A stretch of 64,000 nucleotides of DNA from Macrostomum hystrix (taxonomy: Eukaryota > Animalia > Platyhelminthes), in contig CATNEN010000010.1 of the NCBI GenBank assembly GCA_950097015.1, positions 2,046,001 to 2,110,000 of the forward strand, given 5' to 3'. Shown here one piece after another: positions 1-11,795 of the stretch. Numbering within the stretch: the first letter of the stretch is position 1; every line of letters begins with the position of its first letter. The position numbers were made by a program, and so were the translations under genes. The notes under the pieces are model-generated. The model was not told where the DNA came from, did no database searches, and worked only from the letters and a program-made list of their open reading frames with translations.

Positions 1-178
1 TTCTAGTTCCGAATCTTGGGAAGATTCTAGTTCCGAATCTTGGGAAGATTCTAGTTCCGAATCTTGGGAAGATTCTAGTCCCTTATCTTTGGAAGATTCT
101 AGTTCCGAATATTGGGAAGATTTTAGTTCCGAATCTTGGGAAGATTCTAGTTCCTAACCTTAGGAAGATTATTGTTCC
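1..178. repeat. 24-bp minisatellite (TTCTAGTTCCGAATCTTGGGAAGA) in an AGO intron
   Basis: About 7 visible tandem copies starting about 12 nt from the donor at 190. Confidence 0.9.
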
Positions 179-190
179 GAATCTGCTCAC

Positions 191-3100
191 CTGAATGCCG
201 AAAGTCTGCAGGTGGCTGTCGTGGCTGAAGTTGGCCTTGCGCACCAGGTTGTTGATCTCGCGCTCCCGATCAGGCGCGGACCTGGCCGTGGCCTTGATCA
301 TGGTTGAAGTCTGCGAGTCAGTGAGCTTCTTGATGCAGCGCTGGCCGCTGACAATGTTGCAGACCTCCAGCGGTAGGTAAGTGTGCTTGTTCTCCAGGCC
401 AACCTGCAGGCAGGGCAGCATGGGGTAGCGCAGTTTCATTTTGTATCGCTCAGCGAAGTACTTGGCCACAGTGCACTCCAGAGTCTGGCCGTTCTCCATC
501 TGCAGCGGGAAGCTCTGGGCGCTGGCCGACCGTCTGGTGACATTGCAGACTCGGTACTTCCTGCGCATCTGGCCGCAGTGGGTGATCTCGATCTTCAGGC
601 CCTTGATCTCCTTGGTGAACTTCACACGGTTGCAGTCGCTAAGTGGCTTCTTGTTGTACTCTTCCAGATCTTGCATCTGCGGAGGAATGTGTCAGAGAGT
701 TGCTAGAACTATTTGACTGCAAGGAGAAAGAGATGCGAATATTGAACAACATAATTGTGAAAAAAAGAATTGGCTGGAATGTCAATAGCTTGACAAATCA
801 GAGAAGGAAACCATTGTTAATGATGGTAGGGGATATCAGTAGCGCACCTGAATCTCCAGTACGTCGCAAAGGAATTCGCAGACAGTCTGAGCCTTGTAGA
901 ACGCCGTGGCTGACACGTCAATGTTGAGCATCATCTTCCAGTGACTGGGCCGGACGCTCTGGTGGAAGCCGAACCAGACCTCTCGCCCGCTGCCCAGCGG
1001 ATGATCATTGAGTTCAGGCGGCTGGAAGAAGGACCTGCCCACGGGGGTGTACTGCAGGCTGGGCAGGTGGCGCATGACGACATCCAGGGCGTTCACAGCG
1101 TCAGCCGGGATGTTCTGACGCCGGCCTTCAAGGGCTTCCTCCAGAGCGAATAGCGACACCTCGCCCAAGTATTTCAGCAGCACCTTTGGGAAGGCGGGAA
1201 CACAGCTGCGACATTAATTAAAAGATTTATAGACTGTATGTACGATAAGTAAAGAGCAAGTGAACTTTCGTAAAGCACATTGCGGATGTCCACAGGTACT
1301 AAAGTACCTGTACAAGTCATTAGACACTGGAGCGGATACTAGAGAAGTGGGTCACAAAAGCTTTAACGCGGAGATGGTTAACAAAGGACAAACAAAGTAC
1401 TGGTACAATTACGAACCTTGAACACGCGATCCTTGCTCCCTTCACCGGGCAAGGTGACCTCCAGTTCCAGCCGGTCGCTGCCAAACGGCAGCGGATCTCT
1501 GGTGTAAAGATTCTTTCGACCGTCGAATACAGGCCGCTGATTGAAGAAATATTTTTGATGATGCATGGAGTTCACCATGATGTCCACAATCTCCCGATTG
1601 ATCCGCCTGGGACATTTGTCCGGCGTGATTGACACATCATAGTGATGCAGGAAGCCTTTGGGCAGCTTGATTTCAAAGTGATTGGCCCGCAGGCCAATGT
1701 GCCGGCCCTCCTGCCCGCGGCCTGGCCGAACCGGCGGCTGGAAGATGATGGCAGGCGGCGACGGCTCGCCGGAGTCGCTGCCGCCGGCGCCGCCGCCGAA
1801 GCCGGAGCCTGCAGCGGAGGAGCCAGAGGTCAGCGGACCGCCGCCTCCGCCGCCCAAACCGCCGGCGCTACTGCCACCGCCGCCACCACCAGCCCCGGCG
1901 CTGTGTACGCTGCCAGCTCCAGATGAGGGGGGCTGCGGCGGTAGCTGGTGCTGGTGGGGACCGACAGGGTTGAATGGCCCGCCAGCACCACCTGGCAGCA
2001 TCAGGGGAGCCTGGGCGCTGCTTGGCACTAGCGGAGTGGAAATTAGCAAACCGACATAAAGATTAAATAAACAAATTGCTTTTCGGTGAGTTTACTAGAA
2101 TATCTCTGAGCATGGACGCTCTCCATGAGCTTCATGAGATACAGCTGCAGCTGCATCTGTTGATAATTTGTAAAAAGATCAAGCAAAAATCGGTGAAAAA
2201 ATTTATTTACAACAAATAAAACAATTAAATTACAAAACTTTGTGTATCTTCTATACTCAACTTTGGTTAATATCAAGTTATTGTTGAATATATACAATAA
2301 TTACTATTTATTACAAGACAATGACGGTAGAGTACTTTGTACACCATCAATCTAAACTCACACCCCTGTTTGGTCTGACCCTATCCAGTTTGGCAAAGCC
2401 ATTTGGATTTTTTTTACACTTTCTCAATTTGATTTTAAATACAATTTTTTATAGAAAGAAAAATCCTTTAACTGGCACAAATTTACAAAAAGCAAACAAA
2501 ACAGAATCTTTAAAATTAATCTCATGTAAAATTGAAAACTTATAAAACCGAAACACTAAAGTCTAAACGTGGGTTAAAAATAAATTAAAAAATTTGAATA
2601 ATATTATCCACTGAAAAATGTGTACATGACCTAAATTGTTAAGTTGAATGCTTAAATGTAACCAATTACTTGTTTGCCTCAGGGGTCTCAACAAAGCCAT
2701 AAACACTAAGCCTAGCAATTTCGAACTGGGTTTCATGCCTTACAATGGCTTCTAGGGTCCCAGTCTTTTCAGCAGCTACTGATGATGAACCAAGCCTTAA
2801 GAGCATTCAACATCATAAAAACCTAACAGCCTCAATTCAAGGCCTTGCTTTACATCAGACTGCACTTACTGCTAAAATGGGTACCTGCTGATCATGACAA
2901 ATTGTATGGCCCAAATGATTGCTGATGGTCTAGAGTACTTTTTGTTAACAACAGTAACTAAAATTAGCAAATCTTTTTTTCTTGTTTTTGGCATGCACCA
3001 AATATGAACCAGACTATGGTAGTAATTTAAGCTTGTCCTAACTTGTAGCACTGCATATAAACTTGCATACCTGGATCCAATCCAACAAATATGTACATAT

Positions 3101-3416
3101 GGCCACTGGCACTGAGCCCCTAATACTAATTACTTGGATACTATTAAAATTGAAAATGTTTATTATTGCATGGATAGGCCCAATGTCTATTTCATTTGAA
3201 ATTGTAACACAAGCCAAATCAAGAATTGTCTGATTAGCTGTCTAGGCCTGGATTCATGTCATTAATTATTATAAACTGTAAAATAAATTTACTAACTAAT
3301 ATGTACTTACAAAAAGATCCTACTGTTCGAGGATTAAAGTCTGGGATATTCTGGTATAGTGGACCAGTAGCACCGTTAGATGGAAAAAGAGAATTACCAC
3401 CAAGCATCATAGCCAT
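191..3416 (-). CDS. AGO: Argonaute (miRNA-class AGO subfamily), 5' partial; exons 3416-3311 (inferred), 2027-1417, 1183-848, 676-191; continues beyond the window start
   Basis: Translated exons give [80 protein letters not shown] ([20 protein letters not shown]) and [31 protein letters not shown] boundaries are phase-consistent. The first exon is inferred from an ATG, a GTAAGT donor and a phase-1 match. Confidence 0.95.
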
Positions 3417-4660
3417 TTTAATGATTTCCTTATCAGTTGTTTAGTATTTTTTTATAAATAAAAACTTATTTGTTGTTTACAAATTATTAAGGGTCAATGA
3501 TATTATGCAAGTTTAAACGCAAAATTTAAGTTTAATCTCAATAAACAATTAAGTGACATTATACAATAAACGACGACTTAAGTTCTATTAAATAATAGAA
3601 ATTATTAATTCAGAACATAATTTAAATTTTTCAAAAAGCTATAGCTTTTTCAAGTCAAAAAACATTAGTTAATGTTTATGAGCCTTAATTAAAAGGTATA
3701 GTTGTGTGTTAATTTAGATAAAAACACCTTAATTTTTTGTTTGTTATAGCTTGTTTAATGTTGGTTAAAACAAATCAGTGAATTTTTTAATGGCTTATGA
3801 AAAAATGTTCTTCTTCGCTTTAATTAAATAATATATATTATTTATTTTTTCGCTAAGAGTGGGGCTAAAATTATGCAAATTTAAAAAGTTTAAATTTCTT
3901 GCTTCGAAGAACCGATATTGTGAAAATGCGACGCAGTCATTCCTTTTGACTTTTTAACTTTCTTAGTGGTTAACAGTGGTTTAAGAGTTAACATAACGAC
4001 TGGTATTTTATTGCCATCAGTAGTTTACTTGCTAAAAATGACTTCTTTACGACTTAATATCATGTTGTCTAATCGATTTCAACAACCTTTTCGTACACTA
4101 TGTGCATTTAAGTCTAATGTTGAAACAAGTAGTGAAGCATACAAGGTATTTAATTTTGTCACTTTGCATTGTTTCAATATATCTTATGGGTACACTAAAT
4201 AGTTATTTATTCTTGTCTGTGTGTCACATGAATATTTTTGTACTTTTTAATTTTTAGGTTAAACTAAAAAGTTAACATTTTTTATAGGCACATCTCCTAA
4301 TATAGTTAATAAGTGTGTTAATGTCTTCACATTTTGCTTTAAGTATGCCATATTGTCTTTGTTTCGAGTCACCAGTTTTTTCTGCATATGTTTCATTTAA
4401 AAACAATTGCCAGTTATATTGTTGGTTGGCATATCAGCTGTCCTATACTATTGTTAAAAAAGTATTTGCTTTAATTACATTTATACAATTCAAAAGTCTA
4501 AAAATAGTAAATAGTAATACAAAAAAGTATCTTTTTTTCATCCTACAATCTCTTTTGTTGCATTTTTGGTATATGATCCCCTAAGGCAAATTCAGTTTAT
4601 TATGTTTCAGTTTAACATTCCACAATAAAATTAATGCTTAAATATTTTATGTAATTAATA

Positions 4661-5220
4661 TGGCAGAGCTTATTCCCACAGTCCTGTGCCAATAATTTCA
4701 ATTTTATCCACACGGAGCTGTGCCAATAATTTTCTGCTTATCCACACGGCAGCTTGTATGAATAGGTCTAAAACTCTTTATATATGCCATGCCATTAATT
4801 TCAATTTAATCCATGCTGTTCTGTTCTTTGAAACTAGGCCCTTTTGGGTTTGAACATTTTGCTCAACCCTCGAGCCAATAGATCGACAAAGTTGCCAGTG
4901 TGTTACGACAGTGTTCTACATTTTGACCTACACATTCATTAACCGACATTAATGTCAGCTTTATTAATTTTTGTAATAACAATAAATTTTTGTAATAACA
5001 ACTTACAAAATCTTTTGTCATCATTACATGTTTTCATTCGAATTGTATTGACTTAGAAAGTAAAAAGTCAATCACAGAAAATCATATGAGTCAACCCAGC
5101 AGAATTCTAGTCAGCACCAAACTCGTCACACATATTATACATAATTGTTAATAAAATCAATACATCATTGTGGATAAAATTACATTTATTGGCATGGGAC
5201 TGTGGGAATAAGCACTTCCA
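4661..5220. mobile_element. Non-autonomous DNA transposon (MITE-like), ~52-bp imperfect TIRs
   Basis: 4661-4712 matches the reverse complement of 5169-5220 at 45/52 positions. ATTAATA flanks both sides (4654-4660, 5221-5227). Subterminal TGTGCCAATAATTT...TATCCACAC is repeated. Confidence 0.75.
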
Positions 5221-5931
5221 ATTAATATACTGATTTGTCTATATCTATCATCAACTTAAAAGTTCATAGTGCTGCACTATTTATATACATACATATCAAA
5301 TACTATCCCTCATAGGTGAAATAGGTTAAACTAAGAAGTGAGAGGTGTGTTTTGTTTTGTGATCACTAAAGTATATAATTATACTCTTTGGATCATATAA
5401 TGAGTTTATTACAACTGAAGTTTCTTAGTTGCATTTTTAAGTCCAAAAGCAATGAAGTATATATGAAGTAACAAAGTATATACTTCATGAATAGGGACTC
5501 TAGTGAGTAAAAAAACGAAAAAAGTGGAAAAAGATAAAAAACAATGCTATGTGCTGATGAAAAAAAGAACATGAAAGTCTAAAAGGTCTAAAACATAAGC
5601 AATCCAAATATTTTGCTCTTTAACTATCTCTAATAATTGCCATTGACTGTCTCTAGAACTATCAGAATCGTCCTTAGAAGTCTCCATAAGGTCAAAGTTC
5701 AGTTACTTTAATTAAAAAAACTAACCTAATTAGGTGTCCACTGAGAACATCAGTGTACAGGATTGTATAACTTACAAAAATTTCTGGCATAAACTCAGGA
5801 TGTTCCGGACTTTAGAGTTATCAGCTAAGGATTAACTTATTTAGTCTCATTGTACATTTTATTAAATTCATAGTAAACCACATAATAAATAAAAATATTT
5901 TCAACTGCTAAATGTGCTTAATAAATTTTAG

Positions 5932-8900
5932 ACTAACTATGCCACCATGAAGGGACTGGTTTCTGACTTGGAATCTAAGATTCAGCATGTTTTAAAAGGT
6001 ATTTATTTTACACACATTGAGACAGTAAATTCACTAATATAGCCAATCCTATCAAATGTTTCCACTCCCAGGTGGTGGTGAAAAAGCTCGTGAGCGGCAC
6101 CTGAGCCGGGGCAAGCTGCTGCCCCGCGATCGCATCAGCCACCTATTGGACTCTGGCTCACCTTTTCTTGAATTGTCCCAGCTGGCTGGATACCAGCTCT
6201 ATGGCAAGGAGGATGTGCCGGCCGGCGGCATCATCACTGGCATTGGCCGGATCAGCGGGTGCGGATCGCACCAACACCAACTCTGAATATATAGGATATT
6301 TGCTTACCAAACTGCAAGGGGGGTCAGTGGCAGAGCGGTTAACGCATTTGCCTCTCGCACACAGGTCCCTGAGCTCGATTCCGCGCCAAGGCCACCTTCA
6401 TTTGGGGCGCAGCCGCGGAGAGAAGGCTTGGTGTCTTGTCGTGCAATTTACGCCCTTGAGGGCCAACCTCCAATGCACTGTAAGTGTACACTGCCTGACG
6501 ATGAGAAAGTTTGAGTGCGTGTGTGCTCAGGAGTCCCCCTCGCTTGCTGCGGTCAGGTATTACCAAATAATGTGCCATTGCCAGCAGCCCTCCTGCAATT
6601 ATTATTATTATTACTATTCGAATCTGCACGCGCAATAGCTGCGGTGGGTTTTAGGGCAATATTAATGATAACATTAGTTGCATCATGGCTGTGCGCACTG
6701 GCACATCATTCGGTGACAGTAGACCCACAGCCAGCGAACAAACAATTCTTGCTATTTCACGTACACGCAGTCGGATACCGTACGCAGGCACAAACTTTTA
6801 CAGGTGTGTACATCTGCCCTGACTTTCTCATCGTAAGGCAGTGTACACTTTCACTGTGCCTTGGAGGTTTGCCCTCAAGGGCGTAAATTGCACGCCAAGC
6901 CCCCAAGCCTTCTCTCTGCGGCAGTGCCTCAAATAGATAAATATGGCCTCGCCGCGGAATCGATCTCAGGACCTTTGTGGAAATAGCAAACGCTTTAGAC
7001 CGCTCTGCCACTCACCCCTTGGTGTTGGGGCCAGTTGACTATAAGATCAGAATCAGGAAAAAGGGAATTAAGTGCGAACAAAAAGTTTCTATGTTGCTCC
7101 TCATCTAATCACCGTGCTTTGTCTATTTTTTAAGAGTCGATTGCGTTATTGTCGCCAACGACCCGACAGTGAAGGGCGGCTCCTACTATCCAATCACGGT
7201 TAAGAAGCACCTACGCGCTCAGGAGGTGGCGCGTCAGAATCACCTGCCTTGCGTCTATCTAGGTACGTGTCAAACTGATCCCATCAAACTGTGATCCCAT
7301 CAAACTGTGATCCCATCAAACTGTGATCCCATCAAACTGTGATCCCACCAAACGTCGTAACCATCCTCACATCCCATCCAACTGTCATCCCCATCCTCAC
7401 TCCCATCTGTCATCCCCATCCATTTTCCTGCAGTGGACTCGGGCGGTGCAAATCTTCCCAGGCAAGATGCCGTATTCCCAGACCGGGAACACTTCGGTCG
7501 CATCTTCTACAACCAGGCCACGCTGTCCAGCCAGAACATTCCCCAGCTGGCCGTTGTGCTGGGCTCCTGCACCGCCGGCGGTGCCTACGTGCCGGCCATG
7601 GCCGACGAGAGCGTCATTGTGCGAAAGCAGGGCACAATCTTCTTAGGCGGACCGCCGCTTGTGAGTCGCAACTGTGCGTGCTACTAGCAGTAGGCTAAAC
7701 AGGGCCTCGATTCACCTTTGACTGGGTTAATAGACTAATAAAATGATATTCAATAAATTCGCCAGGTGAAAGCGGCCACAGGTGAGGAGGTGTCAGCTGA
7801 GACGCTGGGCGGTGCAGATCTGCACTGCCGCCAGTCAGGTGTCACGGACCACTATGCCCAGGATGACGAGCACGCCCTGCACCTGGCCAGGCGCATTGTG
7901 GCCAGGCTTAACCGGCCCCCGAAGCCCGCAGCGCCAACATTCAGCGAGCCGCTCTACCCGGCTGACGAGATCTACGGCATTGTTGGAGGAAATCTCAAGA
8001 GGAACTTTGACATGTAGGATTCGAATTTGTTAGAAAGAATATTTTCACCCGCGTTCTCTTCTCAAACAGGTGGTTATGTGATCTCTTTAAGCTATGATCC
8101 AATCAGACTGTTATCCCATCAATCCGGCATCTGAATAACTTAAAGTCACATGATCTCAATTTTTAGTCACGTGATTCTAACTTCTAGTCACGTGATTCTA
8201 ACTTGTAGTCACGTGATTCTAACTTCTAGTCACGTGATTCTAACTTGTAGTCACGTGATTCTAACTTCTAGTCACGTGATTCTAACTTCTAGTCACGTGA
8301 TTCTAACTTCTAGTCACGTGATTCTAACTTCTAGTCACGTGATTCTAACTTCTAGTCACGTGATTCTAACTTCTAGTCACGTGATTCTAACTTCTAGTCA
8401 CGTGGTTCATAGCCACGTGATCTTAAGTAAGTTTATCATGGCATTTTTGACAGCTGCCAATCAACTCGCCTGCCGAAATCCTTCCAGCCGAGAGGTGATC
8501 GCCCGCGTAGTTGACGGTAGCGAGCTGGACGAATTCAAGGCCATGTACGGTGAGACCCTGGTCTGCTGCTTCGCCAGCATCCACGGCCGCACAGTTGGCA
8601 TCATTGGCAACAATGGCGTGCTGTTCAGCGAGTCGGCCGTCAAGGTAAGGTTCACAAAAATTTTGGGGCATAAATTGTCTATATTGTCTAGTAGCTAGAA
8701 GTGCATCTTCTGAATTAGTCTGTGTCTGCAGGTCAAGCATGGGTCATTGTGTGTACCAAAGGTAGCCCCCCGCCGTCAACACCACAGGGCGCCCACTTCA
8801 TCCAGCTGTGCTGCCAGCGCGGCATTCCGCTGCTATTCCTGCAGAACATCACTGGCTTCATGGTTGGCCGCGAAGCCGAAGCTGGCGGCATCGCCAAGAA

Positions 8901-9878
8901 CGGCGCCAAGCTGGTGACTGCCGTGGCCTGTGCCCGGGTGCCCAAGCTGACCCTCATTGTTGGCGGCAGCTACGGAGCCGGCAACTACGGCATGTGCGGC
9001 CGGGCATACGATCCAAGATTCCTCTTCATGTGGCCCAATTCGCGCATCAGCGTCATGGGCGGCGAGCAGGCCGCGAACGTGCTGGACCAGATCCAGCGGG
9101 AGCAGCGGCTGCGCGAGGGCCGCGACTGGACAGAGGCTGAGTCAAGGTCAGGAGTGATTAGCAATTCATTATCTGCTGACAGATTAGCAATACAGAAATC
9201 TATCAATCCATGATGATTTAATAGATTAGCAATCCATCATTAGTGTATAGACTAGCAATCCATCATTAGTGAATAGATTAGCAATCCATCATCAGCGGAT
9301 AGATTAGCAATCCATCATTAGCGGATAGATTAGTAATCTATCATCAGCGGATAGATTAGCAATGCATCATCAATTGATAGATTAGCAATCCATCATTAGC
9401 GGATAGATTAGCAATCCATCATCAATTGATAGATTAGCAATCCATCATTAGCGGATAGATTAGCAATCCATAATCAATTGATAGATTAGCAATCCATCAT
9501 TAGCGGATAGATTAGCAATCCATCATCAATTGATAGATTAGCAATCCATCATTAGCGGATAGATTAGCAATCCATCATCAGCGGATAGATTAGCAATCCA
9601 TCATTAGCGGATAGATTAGCAATCCATCATCAGCGGATAGATTAGCAATCTATCATCATCGGGTAGATTAGTTTTACCTGTTCATCTCTCTCAGAGCCCT
9701 CCGTGAGCCGGTTCTGGCCAAGTACGAGCAGGAGGGTCATCCCTACTACAGTTCCGCCCGATTGTGGGATGACGGCATCCTGGATCCTAAGCACACCCGC
9801 TCCGTGCTGGCTCTGGCTTTGTCGGCGGCCGCTAATGCGCCCTCTGAGACGACCCGATTCGGTGTCTTCCGCATGTAG
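5932..9878 (+). CDS. MCCC2: Methylcrotonoyl-CoA carboxylase beta chain; exons 5932-5998, 6072-6258, 7135-7262, 7434-7660, 7766-8013, 8488-8644, 8788-9146, 9695-9878; first exon (transit peptide) not located
   Basis: [97 protein letters not shown]-terminal RFGVFRM*. All splice junctions are GT-AG and in phase. Confidence 0.96.
6320..6615 (+). mobile_element. tRNA-derived SINE, family A (copy 1)
   Basis: A-box-like TGGCAGAGCGG, B-box-like GAGCTCGATTCC, body shared with copies at 6660-7018, 27841-28145, 14715-14860 and 59484-59645; (TAT)n tail. Confidence 0.75.
6660..7018 (-). mobile_element. tRNA-derived SINE, family A (copy 2), inverted relative to copy 1
   Basis: Reverse complement reads GAGTGGCAGAGCGG...GAGATCGATTCC...GTGCAATTTACGCCCTTGAGGGC...GTGTACACTGCC...CGATGAGAAAGT. 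Confidence 0.75.
7273..7348. repeat. 16-bp minisatellite (TGATCCCATCAAACTG) in an MCCC2 intron
   Basis: 4-5 tandem copies starting about 10 nt after the donor at 7263. Confidence 0.85.
8164..8404. repeat. 21-bp minisatellite (TAGTCACGTGATTCTAACTTC) in an MCCC2 intron
   Basis: About 11.5 near-identical copies. Confidence 0.95.
9221..9660. repeat. 26-bp minisatellite (GATAGATTAGCAATCCATCATTAGCG and variants) in the last MCCC2 intron
   Basis: About 17 tandem copies. Confidence 0.9.
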
Positions 9879-10036
9879 ACTGACTCAAATATAGTGTTAG
9901 AACGCGATATGTATCGAAAAATGGATTTGCTTGATGCCTTCAATTCATTTTAATTGCTAACAAATTCAACCTATTTCGGATAGAGTGCTCTATTGTATTT
10001 TACTGTCGTCAGACCGAACCTATTCGCTAGCCGTAT

Positions 10037-10125
10037 ATATCGAAAATATGTTTACTAGCCGATATGTATCGAAAATATGTTTACTAGCCGATATGTATCG
10101 AAAATATGTTTACTAGCCGATACGT
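10037..10125. repeat. 29-bp tandem repeat (TATCGAAAATATGTTTACTAGCCGATATG), about 3 copies, MCCC2 3' region
   Basis: CGAAAATATG recurs at 10041 and 10070. Confidence 0.8.
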
Positions 10126-10775
10126 ATCAAGAAGACCAACATTTGTCTAAATGTACCAAAAAATACAAATATTCTACTAGCAAAACCGACTTAGGGCTGA
10201 TCTTCCTTCTTTACTTTGACGCTAGAAATCTCATTTTCTGCAACAAGCAAAATTGCGATGTAATAAAAATTTTGATCTATCAAGACCAACAATGATCCAT
10301 AACCGAATATCACAGAACATAAGCTTCGGTGTTAGCACTACTTGTTAGAGTAAAATGTCAGTTTCAGATTTTTAGGACCTAGTTAAATTAGCAATTTAGC
10401 ATTTTTTGTTTCTGTTATTTAATTAATTTAATTGCGCCATTGCAGTTTAAAATGCTTCAAGAGTAAACTAAATATCTTTGTTAACCCAATCACGTGTTAC
10501 GTAATAGATTGACTTCTTTGCATCCTACTCAACTGCGATTTGCTTGCTTGCCTGTTACACTAATTTCCTTTTGAAAATAAAATTAGGACAGCGCCATCGC
10601 TTGGTTTTTTTAGATTCTGAAGCTTCAGCAGAGCATTCCACTGTCTGCGCCTGATAATAACTATAGCATAATTCTCGAATTTAGTTGTCTTTTGTTTAAT
10701 GTTCCTACTTACAAGTAGCCTGTAAGGAATATTTTGAATACTTAATCCGGGATTAGACTAGAAGAATAAATCGAG

Positions 10776-11795
10776 ATGGATTTAGCGACATGGCAGGTGC
10801 CTGTTTAAGTCAGAAAAATCCAACTAGAATAAGGACTTTTCGTTTTTAGAGAAAATAATAGAATAGAAAATTACTGCTAGCCAAGTTGGGGCACGTGTAC
10901 CGCCAGTACTGCGCTTGCAGTCCGTGGACTGGGTTACCCATCGAAAGTTCTAGATTCGCACTCCCGACGCTTCGAAGAGTCCGAAGCGTTGTTCTCTGGG
11001 CTACAAGAACTGGGCTCGGTTTTTAGGAAATCCCAAAATTTTCCCAACCGCTTTCAGAATCCCGCGTCGCAGCCGGACTGGCTGGTTGAGTCGACTCGCC
11101 TAACCGCTGTTTTGGACAGCTGGCGGCGGGCTCTTCCGTCGCCACATCGGCTGCCATCGTCGACATCGCCGATAAAGCTACCTGAGCTTCGAGCTCACCT
11201 TTGCCGCCTGCGTGACCTGCTGTTGGAGGCCCGCTCGGCGCTGCTGGCCGGGGCTTCGGTGGCTTCGATAAACCGCCTACGCGACCAGCTGGAAGCTGAG
11301 CGGCGCTGGCTGACCGCGCCCGGCCTCCTTGCGGCCGCCAAGCGGAAGCTTCGACAGCGGGCCAAGCTTCGCCGACTTGCCCGACAGCGGCGACAACAGG
11401 CCCAGCGAGCTCTGGCTGCTGCCGAGGATGCGCGGATCGGCGAACTTGACGACGTTGCGACCGCTCTGCCACCACGGCCGTCAACGCCGCCTCTATCAAC
11501 GTCGTCACCTCCGGCATCGTCATCCGCGGCGATATGTCGTCGTCTTCGTCGCCTGGCCGAAGATCGCCTGGTGGCCCTGTCCGACCTGCTGCCTGCGGCT
11601 ATGGAGCTGCGCCGTCTGCGTCGGCTCGAAGCCGAACGTCGGCGGCCTGCGACGACTGCCGCGGCAGCGGTTGCGGCCGCTGCTGACGTCGGTGCCGTCG
11701 AGGCTCAGGCAGAGGAGTCTTCATGGGCGGCCGCGCTTCGTCGAATTGAAGAGATTCAGCGCTTCATTGGCCAGCAGCCATTGCCATCCGGCTGA
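10776..11795 (+). CDS. PDCD7 (U11/U12 snRNP 59K)-like coiled-coil protein, short; inferred exons 10776-10796 and 11058-11795
   Basis: Arg/Ala-rich helices (AAAKRKLRQRAKLRRLARQRRQQAQR...ARIGELD; RRLAEDRLVALSDLLPAAMELRRLRRLEAERR) resemble my recollection of PDCD7. Upstream ATG mini-exon MDLATWQ|GT joins in phase 0 to TTTCAG|AAT. AATAAA lies near 11995. Confidence 0.45.

Noticed and set aside
5600-5931. First MCCC2 exon encoding the mitochondrial transit peptide
   Set aside because: An Arg/Leu/Ser-rich frame near 5640-5695 looks suggestive, but I found no ATG and donor combination I can support
6320-6400. Possible tRNA genes at SINE heads (also 27841 and 45916)
   Set aside because: A/B boxes are present, but there is no complete cloverleaf or acceptor stem, and each continues into a repeated body
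8014-9694. Two MCCC2 introns that seem shifted relative to the human gene (intron sliding or gain)
   Set aside because: Based only on recollection of human exon boundaries; needs an alignment before it can be claimed
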